Of a stretch of DNA of 64,000 bases, positions 19,962-31,028 are shown one piece after another. The position numbers and the translations under genes were made by a program. This stretch comes from Candidatus Aminicenantes bacterium (GTDB lineage: Bacteria > Acidobacteriota > Aminicenantia > UBA2199). The notes under the pieces were generated by a model. The model searched no databases. It had not been told where the DNA came from and saw only the letters and a program-made list of their open reading frames with translations. The stretch lies in NCBI GenBank assembly GCA_963764745.1, contig CAVXTN010000012.1:458416-522415 (forward strand), given 5' to 3'. The stretch's first letter is position 1; each line of letters opens with the position of its first letter.

Positions 19962-20267
19962 TCAGGACGACAAACTGACAGTTAACTTTCCATCCTCGCT
20001 TTCAGGCGACAGCAATGTGTCGATTCTCCCGAGTATCTGCGCCAGTTTCTCGTTTTCCTTTTTCAACGAAAACAGGTCCTGGGCGATGTTTATCGAAGTT
20101 AACAATCCCAATTTCTGGGAGTCCAATTCGTTCATCCTGCTTTTGATTTTGTTGATCTTGTTTTCCACGTATTCGACCACCTGCAGGAATTCCTCGGGCT
20201 GGACGTCGTCGGCCAGCTGAAAGACGAACTTCTTGCCGGTGATCTGAACCTCAATTTCCCTGGCCAT
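19962..20267 (-). CDS. zapA: cell division protein ZapA
   Basis: 101-aa ORF with N-terminal beta region (VQITGKKFVF) followed by coiled coil. Position upstream of rny and adjacent to a ZapB-like gene. Confidence 0.65.
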   Translation of the reverse strand: MAREIEVQITGKKFVFQLADDVQPEEFLQVVEYVENKINKIKSRMNELDSQKLGLLTSINIAQDLFSLKKENEKLAQILGRIDTLLSPESEDGKLTVSLSS

Positions 20268-20470
20268 TATTCCCCGATGGAATCGACCAGGTCGATCAGC
20301 GAGGCGATCTTCTTGCGGATCTCGCTTTTTTCGCCGTCGCGCTGGGAGGAATCGTGCTTGATTTCCTGCAGTTCCTTTTTCAGCTTCTGGTTTTCCTCCC
20401 GCAGGGCCTTCAGCCCGGCGATCAGACGGTTGATCTTTTCTTCCAGTTTATCGAACTCTTTGAAACTCAT
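20267..20470 (-). CDS. small coiled-coil protein, ZapB-like
   Basis: 67-aa all-heptad ORF (LEEKINRLIAGLKALREENQKLKKELQEIK). Its stop overlaps the zapA start by 1 nt. Confidence 0.5.
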   Translation of the reverse strand: MSFKEFDKLEEKINRLIAGLKALREENQKLKKELQEIKHDSSQRDGEKSEIRKKIASLIDLVDSIGE

Positions 20471-20481
20471 TTCCGTGCTCC

Positions 20482-22515
20482 TTATCGTTGGATTAGATGC
20501 AGTTGCTCCGCCAGGTCTTTCGTCAATTCCCGGTGGATGCCGTTCACCTCGTCCCCGGTCAGCGTGCGCTCCTGGGAGCGGTAGGTGAACCCCAGGGAAA
20601 AGCTGACCTTGTCGGCCGGAACGGATGGGCCCTGAAAAACGTCGGTCAGTTCAAAACTCTCGAGGGCAGCGGGCCGCACGCGTTCGAGGCAGGCCTGCAA
20701 CTCCTCATAGCTGACGTTCTTGGCCATCAGGAAAGTGAAATCGCGCCTGACGGCCGGGAAGCGCGTCCACCATTGAAAACGATCTTCCCGCACCTGGCCG
20801 AAGAGCGGCGACAAGTCGATTTCGGCGGCGAAGACCGGCTTGTCCAGCTTGTAAAAGCGGCAAAAATCGGGGCGCACTTCTCCGCAGCGCCCGCCGCGGA
20901 CGGCCATTCAGCTCGATGGCAAAACAGGCGTCGCCGTAGGCCGGGTGCGCCGTTTTTTTGAAGGCGCACTCCAGGCGCAGGCGCCGGCACAGCAGCGCCA
21001 GCAGGGACTTGAAATAGGAAAAATCAAATGCTTGTTCCGGGCGGCGCCAGTCCTTTTTCTGCAGCAGTCCGTAGGCGCTGACGGCCAGTACTTTCTCTTC
21101 CCGGATCTTGCCCTGGCCCTGGCCGAACACGTTGCCGATCTCGAAAAGGGCCACGGTCTCCCAGTTCTGGTTGGCGTTCATGGCGGTATTTTTCAGCAGG
21201 CCGGCCAGCAGGGAATTCTTCATCACGGAAAAATCTTTCCCCAAAGGATTCTTCAGGGTCAGAGGCGGCTGCGGGTCAAACAGCGCGTTTTCTTCCGGAC
21301 TCTGGAAAACGTAATTGATCACTTCATTGAAACCCGCGTCGGCCAGCTGGCTCTTCAGGCGCTGCACGATCACGCGCTCCCTGTCGACGCGCAAGCACGG
21401 GTTGGCCGCCAGCGGCAGTTCGCCCTTGCAAGTGGTCGTAGCCGTGGATGCGGATAATCTCCTCGACCAGGTCCTGCTTGCAGGAAATGTCGACGCGGTG
21501 GCTGGGCACCTGCACCTGCCAGCGGCTGCCCTGGTCCTGCAGCCGGAAGCCCAGGCGCTGCAGGATCGCGGCGCTGGTTTCGGCCGCGATGGCGATGCCG
21601 GTCAAGCGGCCGGGGTACTCCTTGTCCAGCTCGACCACCTTGGGCGGCAGCGGCAGCGGATAGACGTCCTGGAAATAAGCCGGCGTCATCTTGCGGCCTT
21701 GAGCCCTGGATAGAAGGTGCAGGGCCATTTTCATGGCCGGGATGGTCGCTTCGACGTCCATGCCCCTCTCATAGCGATAACTGGCGTCGGTCTTCAACCC
21801 GAGCTGGCGAGCCCCGCGGCGGATGACCACCGGGTCGAAGCAGGCGCTCTCGATGAAGATATGGCGGGTATGGGCGGAGATGCCCGAGTCCAGCCCGCCC
21901 ATGATGCCGGCCAGGGCCAGGGGCCGGGAAGCATCGGCGATGAGCAGGATATTTTCGTTCAAGGAGACTTCGCGTTCGTCCAGCAATCTGAGGGTTTCGC
22001 CGGGACGGGCGCGGCGGACGCGGATCCGGTCGCCCTGCAGCCGTTCCAGGTCGAAGATATGCAGCGGCTGGCCGCAGGTCATCATCGACCAGGTTGGAGA
22101 TGTCCACGATGTCGTTGATCGGTCGCAGGCCAAGAGAGGTCAGCAGCTTCTGCACGGCAGGCTCCGATTCCCTGACCGCGACGTCGCGGACGATGCAGCC
22201 GCTGTAACGCAGGCAGTCGGCGGCGTCCTCGACGCGGATGGCGAAACCGCCGGTCTTCCCTGCCAGATCCACCGCGGAGACATCCATGGGCGTGAAGCGC
22301 AGCGTTGCGTCCTTGGCGGCGATATCGCGGGCCACGCCGTAATGCGAGAGCCAGTCGGGGCGGTTGGGCGTGGTCTCGACGTCCAGCACGGTCTGCCCGC
22401 CGATCTCCAGGGTCTCAGCCGTTTCCAGGCCGATGCCGGCCAGAAGTTCCTTCAGCGCGGCTTCGTCCAAGTCAAAGGCGACGAATTGTCTCAGGTAGTC
22501 GATGTTGATCTTCAT
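20482..22515 (-). CDS. pheT: phenylalanine--tRNA ligase beta subunit (short form without N-terminal OB/tRNA-binding domain), frameshifted as assembled
   Basis: Four ORF pieces (21769..22557 from Met at 22515, 21324..22133, 20705..21394, 20482..20907) are colinear with PheT B1-B8 ([16 protein letters not shown]; B5 FDLERL; FDV at the C-terminus). Breaks at ~22085, ~21425 and ~20900. Confidence 0.85.
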
Positions 22516-22519
22516 GCCG

Positions 22520-23557
22520 TCACCCGAACTGGCCCAGCAGGCGCAGGTCGTTCTCATACAACAGGCGCAGGTCCGGCACGCCGTACTTGACCATGGCCAC
22601 GCGCTCGATGCCCATGCCGAACGCGAACCCGGAATAAATCTCGGGGTCGATGCCGCAGTTGCGCAGCACCTGGGGATGGACCATGCCGCTGCCCCCGAGC
22701 TCCAGCCAGCCGCTGCCCTTGCAGACCTTGCAGTCGGGTTTGCGGCCGGAACACATGAAACAGCTGATATCGACCTCGGCTGACGGCTCGGTGAACGGGA
22801 AGTAGCCCGGGCGGAAGCGGAGCACGATGTCCGCTCCGAAGAAAGAGCGGCAGAAGACTTCCAGCGTCCCCTTCAGGTGGGAAAAATGGATACCGCGGTC
22901 CACCAGCAGCCCTTCCACCTGGTGGAAGCAGGGCGAATGGGTGGCGTCGGGGTCGTCCTTGCGGAAGGCCTTGCCCGGCGAGATGATCTTGAGCGGCGGC
23001 TTGTGCTCCAGCATGTAGCGGACCTGCATCGGCGAGGTGTGCGTGCGCAGCACCAGATCGTCGAAGCCCTCCAGGAAGAAAGTGTCCTGCTCGTCGCGGG
23101 CCGGGTGGAACTCGGGGATGTTCAGCTTGGTGAAATTGTAATCCTCCAGCTCGACTTCGGGCCCGATGGCGATCTCGTAGCCGAGGTTGAGGAACAGGTC
23201 CTCGATCTGGCGCTGGATATCGGCGATCAGGTGAAAACGGCCCACGGGAAGATCGGACGCGGGCAGGGAAGGATCCGACCAGGGCGCGGCGATGTTCCTG
23301 GCGCCGGAGCTTTCTTCGCTCCTGGCCAGCTCCGCTTCGATCGTCGCCTTGAGCTGGTTGATCAGCTGCCCGGCCGCGGGCTTTTCCGCGGGCGCGAATT
23401 CCCTGAGCTTCGCCAGGAAATGGCTGACCACCCCTTTTTTGCGGCCAAGGTACTGCTCTCTCAGGGCGGCCAGTTTCTCGGGAGATTGAATTTGCGCTAT
23501 TTCATTTAAAAAAGACCGTCGGACTCCTTCAATCTCTTTTGTGAGTTCATCGATCAT
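22520..23557 (-). CDS. pheS: phenylalanine--tRNA ligase alpha subunit
   Basis: Met at 23557 within ORF 22520..23836. Class II motifs are HPARD, RTHTSP, FRPGYFPFTEPS and GFAFGMGIERVAM. ATGA overlap with the rplT stop. Confidence 0.9.
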   Translation of the reverse strand: MIDELTKEIEGVRRSFLNEIAQIQSPEKLAALREQYLGRKKGVVSHFLAKLREFAPAEKPAAGQLINQLKATIEAELARSEESSGARNIAAPWSDPSLPASDLPVGRFHLIADIQRQIEDLFLNLGYEIAIGPEVELEDYNFTKLNIPEFHPARDEQDTFFLEGFDDLVLRTHTSPMQVRYMLEHKPPLKIISPGKAFRKDDPDATHSPCFHQVEGLLVDRGIHFSHLKGTLEVFCRSFFGADIVLRFRPGYFPFTEPSAEVDISCFMCSGRKPDCKVCKGSGWLELGGSGMVHPQVLRNCGIDPEIYSGFAFGMGIERVAMVKYGVPDLRLLYENDLRLLGQFG

Positions 23558-23907
23558 GCCACGGACTTGGCTTTCTCGACAATGGACTTGAACGTCTCGG
23601 GTTCCGTGGCGGCCAGGTTGGACAGCATCTTGCGGTTCAACAGGATATTGGCTTTTTTCAGCTTGTTGATGAACACCGAGTAGCTCATGCCGAATTCGCG
23701 GATGGCGGCGTTGATGCGGACGTTCCACAGGGTGCGGAAATCCCGCTTGCGGTTGCGCCGGTCGCGGTAGGCATAGACCATTGCCCGTTCGACCGATTCC
23801 TTGGCGGAACGGTAGTTCTTGCGCTTGGCGCCCCAAAAGCCCTTGGCCTGGTCCAGTATCTTTTTTCTACGTAAAAGTTTTTTGTTTCCTCTGGTAACTC
23901 GCGGCAT
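23554..23907 (-). CDS. rplT: 50S ribosomal protein L20
   Basis: 117-aa ORF (MPRVTRG...YRDRR.RKRDFR.LWI.RINAA). Confidence 0.95.
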   Translation of the reverse strand: MPRVTRGNKKLLRRKKILDQAKGFWGAKRKNYRSAKESVERAMVYAYRDRRNRKRDFRTLWNVRINAAIREFGMSYSVFINKLKKANILLNRKMLSNLAATEPETFKSIVEKAKSVA

Positions 23908-23916
23908 AGTACCCTC

Positions 23917-24117
23917 CTATTTTGAATACGGCAGCATTTCTTTCATCTTCTTAAATTCCGACTTGACCACATAGGTGGCCTTCTTCAGGTTGCGCTTGCG
24001 CTTCGAGCTCTTCTTGGTCAGAATGTGCCGGCCAAAGGCCTTGCTGCGCTTGATCTTCCCGCTGGCGGTCACGCGCAAACGCTTGGCGGCACCTCTATGG
24101 GTTTTTAGTTTCGGCAT
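23917..24117 (-). CDS. rpmI: 50S ribosomal protein L35
   Basis: Met at 24117 ([16 protein letters not shown]). 66 aa. Confidence 0.9.
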   Translation of the reverse strand: MPKLKTHRGAAKRLRVTASGKIKRSKAFGRHILTKKSSKRKRNLKKATYVVKSEFKKMKEMLPYSK

Positions 24118-24664
24118 CCTTTCCTCCTTTTTTTGCACCGATCATTATATGACAGAAAAAGCCTTCCCGCTTGGGAGGCGATTCGATCTCCGACATGTCT
24201 TTCAAAATTTCCATGATCCGGTTGACCATCACTTCGAGCATCTCCGGTTTTCTTTTCTGGCGCCCCTTGAGCCAGATCGTCACCTTGACCTTGTTGCCCT
24301 CGGCCAGGAATTCCCTGATCTTCTTCAGCTTGACCTCCACGTCGTGCTCGCCGATCACGGGCGTGAACTTGATCTCCTTGATCAGGATCTTGCGCTGGTG
24401 GCGCTGGGCTTCGTGCGCTTTTTTCTGCAGCGCATAAAGGAACTTCCCGTAGTCCAGGATGCGGCAGACCGGCGGCTTGGCTTCCGGGGAGATCTCGACC
24501 AGGTCCAGCTCTTTTTCCCTGGCCAGCGCCAGGGCCTGGGCAATGGGGACGATGCCGACCTGGTTCTTTTCCTCGTCGATCAGGCGGACTTCCTGGGCGG
24601 GGATCTCTTCGTTGATCCGGTGGGGATTTTTTTTCCGGTTGGGGATGGGTTTACTGAATCTCAT
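24095..24664 (-). CDS. infC: translation initiation factor IF-3
   Basis: 189-aa ORF (RINEEI.A.EVRLIDE...G; KEIKF...I..HD...K). ATG start. Overlaps the thrS stop by 14 nt and the rpmI start by 23 nt. Confidence 0.9.
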   Translation of the reverse strand: MRFSKPIPNRKKNPHRINEEIPAQEVRLIDEEKNQVGIVPIAQALALAREKELDLVEISPEAKPPVCRILDYGKFLYALQKKAHEAQRHQRKILIKEIKFTPVIGEHDVEVKLKKIREFLAEGNKVKVTIWLKGRQKRKPEMLEVMVNRIMEILKDMSEIESPPKREGFFCHIMIGAKKGGKDAETKNP

Positions 24665-26513
24665 AATTTAGGCTTTTTTCCTCGATTTTTATTTTGATTT
24701 TTTCCATGAATTCCGGCAAGCCAATCTTGCCCTGGTCTCCTTTTTTGTGAATGCGGTATGAAATGTTCTCCTCCTTCTGCTCCTGGGCGCCCAGGACGAT
24801 GATATAGGGAATTTTCTGCATTTCGGCATCGCGGATCTTGCGGTTGACCCCCTCGGTGCGGGTGTCGAGTTCCACGCGCAGACCGCCGCGGCGCATCGTT
24901 TCCAGCACGGAGCGGGCATAGGGCAGGCAATCGTCGTTGAGCGGGGCGATGAGGGCCTGCAGCGGCGCCAGCCACAACGGGAAAAAGCCGCGGTAATGCT
25001 CGATCAGCACCCCGAAGAAACGCTCCAGGGAACCGAGCAGGGCGCGGTGCACCATGTAGGGCTGATGGGCGGCGCCGTCGGCCCCGATATACTTCATGGC
25101 GAAGCGGGCCGACATGTTGAAATCGAACTGGATGGTGGTGCATTGCCAGAAGCGGCCCAGGGCGTCCTTGATCTTGATGTCGATCTTGGGACCGTAGAAA
25201 ACGGCCTCGCCCTCCATGCGCTGGTAGGGCAGTCCGGCGGACCGTCAAGGCCTTGACCAGGGACGCCTCGGCCTGGACCCACATCTCGTCGCTGCCGGCA
25301 TACTTGCCGGTGATCTGCGGGTCGCGGACCGAAAGCTCGATCTTGAATTCGCTGAAGCCGAACGATTTGAGCAGATCGAGCGAGAAATCGAGCGTGCGCA
25401 GGATCTCCTCGTCGATCTGTTCCGGGGTGCAGATGATATGGGCGTCGTCCTGGGTGAAGCCGCGCACGCGCAAAAGCCCATGCAGGGTGCCGCTGCGTTC
25501 GTAGCGGTAGACCGTCCCCAGTTCGGCCCAGCGCAGGGGCAGGTCGCGGTAGGAGCGCTGGCTGGATTTGTAGACCATGATGTGGAACGGACAGTTCATG
25601 GGCTTGAGGTAGTAGTTCAGTTCATCGATGGCCATGGGGGCATACATGGAATCCTTGTAGAAATCCAGGTGCCCCGATGTCTGCCACAGCCACTCGCGGC
25701 CGATATGCGGCGTATACAGAAGCTCGTACCCGCCTTCATAATGGCGCTGCTTCCAGTAGGATTCGATCTCGTGACGGACGCGCGCCCCCTTGGGGTGCCA
25801 GTAGACCAGGCCGGGGCCGGCTTCTTCCTGCAGGGAGAACAGGTCGAGAGTTCTTGCCCAGCAGCCGGTGGTCCCGCTCCTTGGCTTCCTTGAGGAAGCG
25901 CAAGTGCTCGTTCAGGGCTTCGGCATCGGCAAAGACCGTGCCGTAGATGCGCTGCAGGGAATGGCTCTTTTCATCGCCCTTCCAATAGGCGGCGGCCACG
26001 CTCATCAGCTTGAAATGCTTCAGCAGGCCGGTCGCGGGCAGATGCGGGCCGCGGCACAGGTCGACGAAATCGCCCTGGATGAAAACCGTAACGTCATCGC
26101 CGGTCGACCTTTTCTTCGAGCAGCTCCGATTTTCAACGACTGTCCGGCGCTGGAGGAAATATTCCCGGGCTTTTTCCTTCGTCCAGATTTCCTTGCGGAT
26201 CGGCTGATTCTGCTTGGCCAGGTGGGCCATTTTTTTGGCGATGGCGGCCAGGTCATCCTCGCTGAACGGCCGGGCGGTCAGGAAATCATAATAAAAACCG
26301 TTTTCCACGGCCGGCCCGACGCCGACCTGGGTCCCGGGAAACAATTCGAGCACGGCCTGGGCCAGGAGGTGGGCGCAGGAGTGGCGATAAATCTCCAGGG
26401 CTTCCGGCGAATGGGGGAAAATCTCTTCCACGCGTGGCGCCGGGAACAGACGGCGCACCGATCTCTTTCAGTTCGCCATTTATTTTAAGCAAAATCGCCT
26501 TTTCTTTTTCCAT
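24651..26513 (-). CDS. thrS: threonine--tRNA ligase, multiply frameshifted as assembled
   Basis: Pieces 26286..26513 (start MEKEKAILLKINGELKEI), 25736..26458 (RHSCAHLLAQAV; DLCRGPH), 24661..25647 (catalytic core, MNCPFH) and 24651..25217 (motif 3 plus anticodon-binding domain). At least 5 breaks (~26458, a compensating pair at 26100-26150, ~25855, ~25240). Confidence 0.85.
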
Positions 26514-26521
26514 GAATAAAA

Positions 26522-26595
26522 TAGGCGCGGGCGGGCTCGAACCGCCGACCTCTACCGTGTCAAGGTAGCGCTCTAACCAACTGGGCTACGCGCCT
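26522..26595 (-). tRNA. tRNA-Val (anticodon GAC)
   Basis: Manual cloverleaf of 74 nt: acceptor AGGCGCG/CGCGCCT, D arm GCCC-AGTTGGTTA-GAGC (one C:A mismatch), anticodon arm CTACC-TTGACAC-GGTAG, T arm GGCGG-TTCGAGC-CCGCC, discriminator A. No encoded CCA. Confidence 0.85.
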
Positions 26596-26608
26596 GTATC
26601 TTCCCCGC

Positions 26609-26887
26609 TTACTTGACCAGAGTTTTCAGTTCTTTGCCAGCAACGAATTTGGGAACTCTTTTCTTGGGGATATTGATCTTGGCGCCGGTCTTGGGGTTTC
26701 TGCCCACTTTGGCTTTTTTCTCGATCACCTTGAAGGTTCCGAATCCGACCAATGTCACTTTGCCCTTGCTTCTTTTTCAGATACATCACCAACCACCGTG
26801 ACCAGTGTATCGATGACCTTCGACGGCGTTGCTCTTGATAATGCTGGAATCTTTTACCATCAGCTGGGCGATTTCATTCTTGTTCAT
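26609..26887 (-). CDS. hup: HU family DNA-binding protein, two compensating frameshifts as assembled
   Basis: ATG 26887 follows AGGAGG. It reads MNKNEIAQLMVKDSSIIKSNAVEG | IDTLVTVVGDVSEKEARAK | VTLVGFGTFKVIEKKAKVGRNPKTGAKINIPKKRVPKFVAGKELKTLVK*. Start and stop are in the same frame and the middle ~60 nt are shifted. Confidence 0.8.
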
Positions 26888-26916
26888 CTTTAATTCCTCC
26901 TAAATTGACAAAGGTG

Positions 26917-26945
26917 AATTTACCTTAAAAACAACCGAAAGTCAA
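26917..26945 (-). promoter_or_regulatory. sigma70-like promoter for hup
   Basis: Minus strand reads TTGACT (26945-26940), 17 nt, TAAATT (26922-26917). About 25 nt of leader with AGGAGG follow. Confidence 0.45.
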
Positions 26946-27015
26946 TACCCGCCATAAAAAAACATCATGGCCCGCCGCCGCCAGGCGGCGGGTTTGGGCC
27001 GGCCGGGCCGTGAAT

Positions 27016-27044
27016 TTGCTTTCCGGCGAAAAATCCATTATAAT
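27016..27044 (+). promoter_or_regulatory. sigma70-like promoter for the nusA operon
   Basis: TTGCTT (27016-27021), 17 nt, TATAAT (27039-27044). A 35-nt leader with GAGGAAA precedes the ATG at 27080. Confidence 0.45.
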
Positions 27045-27079
27045 GAGGCGTTAAAATATGAGCAAATTGAGGAAATTCA

Positions 27080-28142
27080 ATGGCAGAAGAATTGTTGAAG
27101 AGCATCAAGCAGATCAGCCGGGAGCGCGGCATCAATCCCGACATCTTTTTTTCTGCCATCAAGGAAGCCCTGCTAACCGTATCCAAGAAGTATTTTGATC
27201 CCGACGCCACCATCCAGATCGAAATAGACGAGAACAAAGGCATCATCGAGGTTTTTGTCAGCAAACTGGTGGTCAAGGAGGTCAGCGACCCCCTGGCCGA
27301 GATCAACTGGAAAGACGCCCTGAAATACGATTCCAAGGCGCGCGAAGGCGACATCATCAAGATCCACCTGTCCGGCGAGACCCTGGGGCGCATCGCCGCC
27401 CAGTCGGCCAAGCAGATCATCATGCAGAAGATCCTCAAGGCCGAGCAGGAAAACATCTACGAAAAATATTTCCCCCTGGCCGGCACCCTGATGTCGGGCG
27501 AGATCCGCCGCATCGAGAACGACAACATCATCCTGGGCCTGGAATGGGGCGAAGCCATCCTGCCGCCCAAGGAACTTTCCCCCAAGGACAATTTCCGACG
27601 CGGCGAGATCATCAATTTCCTGATCAAGAGGGTTTTTTCCGAAGGCAAGGGGCCCCTGGTCCTGGCCACCCGCTACATGAACGATTTCGTGGCCGAACTG
27701 ATCAAGAAGGAAGTCCCGGAAGTGGCCGAGAACATCGTCAGGATCTTCGCCATCTCCCGCGAGCCGGGGATCAAGTCCAAGGTGGCCGTGTATTCGACCG
27801 ACAAGGCCATCGACCCGGTCGGGGCCATCGTGGGCATGAACGGCAACCGCGTCCTGGCCATCACCAAGGAGCTGCGCGGCGAACGCATCGACGTCATCGC
27901 CTGGAGCAACGCTCCCGGAAAGGTTCATCGCTTCCGCCCTGACGCCGGCCGAGGTGGTCAAGGTGCACCTGATCGACCCGGTCAACCACGTGGCCGAAGT
28001 GACCGTCAAGGACGAAACCCTCTCGGCGGCCATCGGTAAAAAGGGGGTCAACATCAAGCTTGCTTCCAAACTGACCCAGTGGGATATCCAGATCGCCAAT
28101 CGCAAGAGCGAACACAGCGAAGAGAAGCAAACCAAACAATAG
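27080..28142 (+). CDS. nusA: transcription termination/antitermination factor NusA, frameshifted as assembled
   Basis: ORF 27080..28039 covers the N-terminal domain, S1 and KH1 (GRIAAQSAKQII, VGMNGNRV). KH2 continues in ORF 27954..28142 (AIGKKGVNIKLA) after a break at ~27920. No rimP upstream. Confidence 0.9.
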
Positions 28143-28154
28143 GAGGGCGACAAA

Positions 28155-30748
28155 ATGTCAGCCACCATCAAACTTCATGAAGCCACCAAGCAATTCAAGC
28201 TCGCAAATAAACTGGCCATGTACTTTTTGGAAAAAATAAACCTGCCGGTCAAGTCGCACTCCTCGGTCATCACCGTCGATCAGCTCGAACTGCTGCGCGA
28301 ATTGTCCGCCAATCCGAAAAAGATCAGCGCCCTGGAAGCCGAGCTGGCCAAGGGCGGTGCCGGCAAAGGCGCGACCGCGGCAGCTCAGCCGCAGGCTGAA
28401 CCATCCCCAAGAAGGAAAACGGCGGCCAAAAAGCCGGCCGCGGACGAAAAGAAGGCTCCGAGCGCCGAGAAAAAGGAAAGCGCGCAAAAAAACGACCGAC
28501 AAAAAAGCGGCCGAGAATAAAATAAGCGAGAAGAAAACCGCGGAAAAGCCGGCCGCTGCGCCCGCGGCCGCCGGCAAAACGGTCCCGCCGGCGACGAAAA
28601 CCGCCCCGGTGGAACCCAAGGCCAAAGCGGCAAAAGCCGCGGAAGCGCCGCCGGCAAGACCGGCCGCGCCCGCACAGGCCAAGCCCCAGGCGGCCCCGAC
28701 CGCCGCGCCTGCGGCAGACGGCAAGCCACCGCCGCCCCGGCGGCAACCAAGCCCGCGGCTGCCCCGGCCAGGCCGCCGGCGCCCCAGCCGGCCGCGCCAC
28801 CCCCGGCGGCCAAAGCCGCCCCGGAAGTGAAAAGGGCCGCTGCCCAGAGAACCCGAGCCCCAGAGGGCCGTCCAGGCCCGCCCAGGCTCCCTTTTACCGG
28901 CGCCGCATGCCGGACCAGCAGCGCCGCTACCAGCCCCAGGCGCCGCGCCCACCGGCGGTAAAAAAGGAAAAGATCGGCGCCAGTCATCGTGCCCCTGCCC
29001 GCCAAGATCCAGATCACCGATTTCTGCACGGTCAAGGAACTGGCCGAAAAGCTGAACCTCAAGCTGAAAGTCCTGGAAGACAAGATCGCCCAGATGAAAA
29101 TGAACTACCAGGGCAACCAGATCATGGACAGCGCCGACATCGAGAAAGTGTGCGCCGATTACGGCGTCGCGGTCGAGATCCTCTCCTACGAGGATTACGT
29201 CTTTCAGAACCAGGTGAACAAGAGCGGCGGCAAATTGACCACCCGCCCGCCGGTGGTCACCGTCATGGGCCACGTCGACCACGGCAAGACCACGCTGCTG
29301 GACACGCTGCGCAAGACCCGGGTCGCCGAGAAGGAAGCCGGCGGCATCACCCAGAAGATCGGCGCCTACAAGCTGCGCACGCCGGAAGGGACCATCGTGT
29401 TCATCGACACGCCGGGACACGAGGCGTTCACCAACCTGCGGGCCCGCGGCGCCAAGGTCACCGACCTGGTCATCCTGGTCGTGGCCGCCAACGACGGCGT
29501 GCAGCCGCAAACCGTCGAGGCCATCAACCACGCCAAGGCCGCCGGCGTGCCCATGATCGTGGCCATCAACAAGATCGATATCGCGGGCGCCGACATCGAG
29601 AAGATCAAGCAGGACCTCAACAAGAACAACGTCCTGGTCGAAAGCTGGGGCGGCAAAGTGGTTTCCGTCGAAATATCGGCCAAGGTCAATAAAAACCTTG
29701 ACACGCTGCTGGAAATGATCCAGCTCACCGCCCAGATGCAGGAATTGAAGGCCTATGCCCAGATCCCGGCCCGCGGCACGATCATCGAATCGCGGCTCGA
29801 TCCCCAGCTGGGGCCGATCGGCACGGTGCTGATCCAGCACGGCCAATTGAAAAAAGGGGATTATTTCATCTGCGGCAACTCCCTGGGCAAGATCAAATCG
29901 ATCTTCGATGACGGCGGCAAAATGCTGAACTAGGCCCAGGTCCCCGACCCCATCGAGATCATGGGCTTTGAGACCGTTCCCCAGGCCGGCGACATTTTCC
30001 AGGTCGTCGACGACCTGGAAAAAGCCAAGAAAATCATCGAAATGCGGCAGATCAACCAGCAAGGCCTCCAAGAACAAGGACTTCCTGGCCGAAAAGAAAC
30101 TCAGCCTGCAGAACCTTTTCCAGATGGTCGAGCAGGACAAGATCCAGGCTTTCCCGGTGATCGTCAAGGCCGACAACTTCGGCAGCGCCGAAGTCCTGGG
30201 ACAGATCCTCGCCCGCCTCAGCCAGGACAAACTGAAGATCGAGATCATGCACAGCGGCCTGGGCAATATCACCGAAGGCGACATCCTGCTGGCTTCGACC
30301 GCCGGAGCGGTCATCCTCGGCTTCAACGTCAAGGCGCCGCAGAAAATACTCTCCATGGCCAAGATGGAAAAAGTGGAGATCCGGCTTTACAGCGTCATCT
30401 ACCACCTGGTCGAGGATATCGAAAAGGCCGTCAAGGGCAAGATCGGCCCGCAATACCAGGAAACCCTGATCGGCAAGGTGGAGATCCTGCAAAAATTCAA
30501 GATCTCCAAGGTGGGCATCGTGGCCGGCTGCGTGGTCCGCGAAGGCAAGGTCACGCGCAAATCCAAGATCAAGGTCATGCGCGGCGGCGACCTGGTCTTC
30601 GAAGGCGAGATCGCGTCCCTGAAACGCATCAAGGACGAGGTGTCCGAGGTCCGGGCCGGGACCGAATGCGGCATCCGCATCAAGAACTTCAGACAACATC
30701 GAGACCGGAGACATCCTGGAAGTCTATGAGACAACCATCATCCCATGA
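28155..30748 (+). CDS. infB: translation initiation factor IF-2, multiply frameshifted as assembled
   Basis: N-terminal domain in 28155..28520. An Ala/Pro/Lys-rich linker at 28480-28990 carries several breaks, the first at the A7 run at 28482-28488. G domain in 28989..29933 ([21 protein letters not shown]). C-terminal domains in 29961/29968..30729. The last break at ~30690 restores ..[17 protein letters not shown], with stop at 30746-30748. Confidence 0.9.
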
Positions 30749-31026
30749 TGATCGGCATGCTGGAGATCGATTTGTTCGGCGAGCAGTTTCACAGCCTGAA
30801 GGAAAAAAGGCGCCTGCTTTCCAGCCTGAAGGAACGCTTGAAACATAAATTCAACATCGCCGTGGTGGAAAGCGACTACCAGGACCTGTGGCAGAAAGCC
30901 CAGCTTTCACTCGTCACGCTGGGGCCGAGCCGGGCCATCCTGGAAAGCACGTTCCAGCAGATCGAAGATTTCATTTTCCTGAACTACGCCATACAGATCA
31001 GCAAAATGAAAATCCAATATTTTTAA
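30745..31026 (+). CDS. DUF503 family protein (YlxP-like)
   Basis: 93-aa ORF (L.I.L......SLKEKR....S...RL+.KFN.AV.E). Canonical position between infB and rbfA. ATGA overlap with infB. Confidence 0.7.
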   Translation: MMIGMLEIDLFGEQFHSLKEKRRLLSSLKERLKHKFNIAVVESDYQDLWQKAQLSLVTLGPSRAILESTFQQIEDFIFLNYAIQISKMKIQYF

Positions 31027-31028
31027 AC

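Noticed and set aside
26971-26998. Perfect 9-bp GC hairpin CCCGCCGCC-GCCA-GGCGGCGGG followed by TTTGGG, resembling an intrinsic terminator.
   Set aside because: It sits between the divergent hup and nusA promoters, so no upstream transcript exists for it to terminate on either strand. The U-tract is also poor. It is possibly just a stable palindrome, and no function is claimed.
28357-29083. Pro/Ala/Arg-rich ORFs on both strands within the infB linker region (for example 28357..28830 + and 28385..29083 -).
   Set aside because: They are frame-shifted or antisense readings of the low-complexity Ala/Pro/Lys linker of IF-2, not separate genes.
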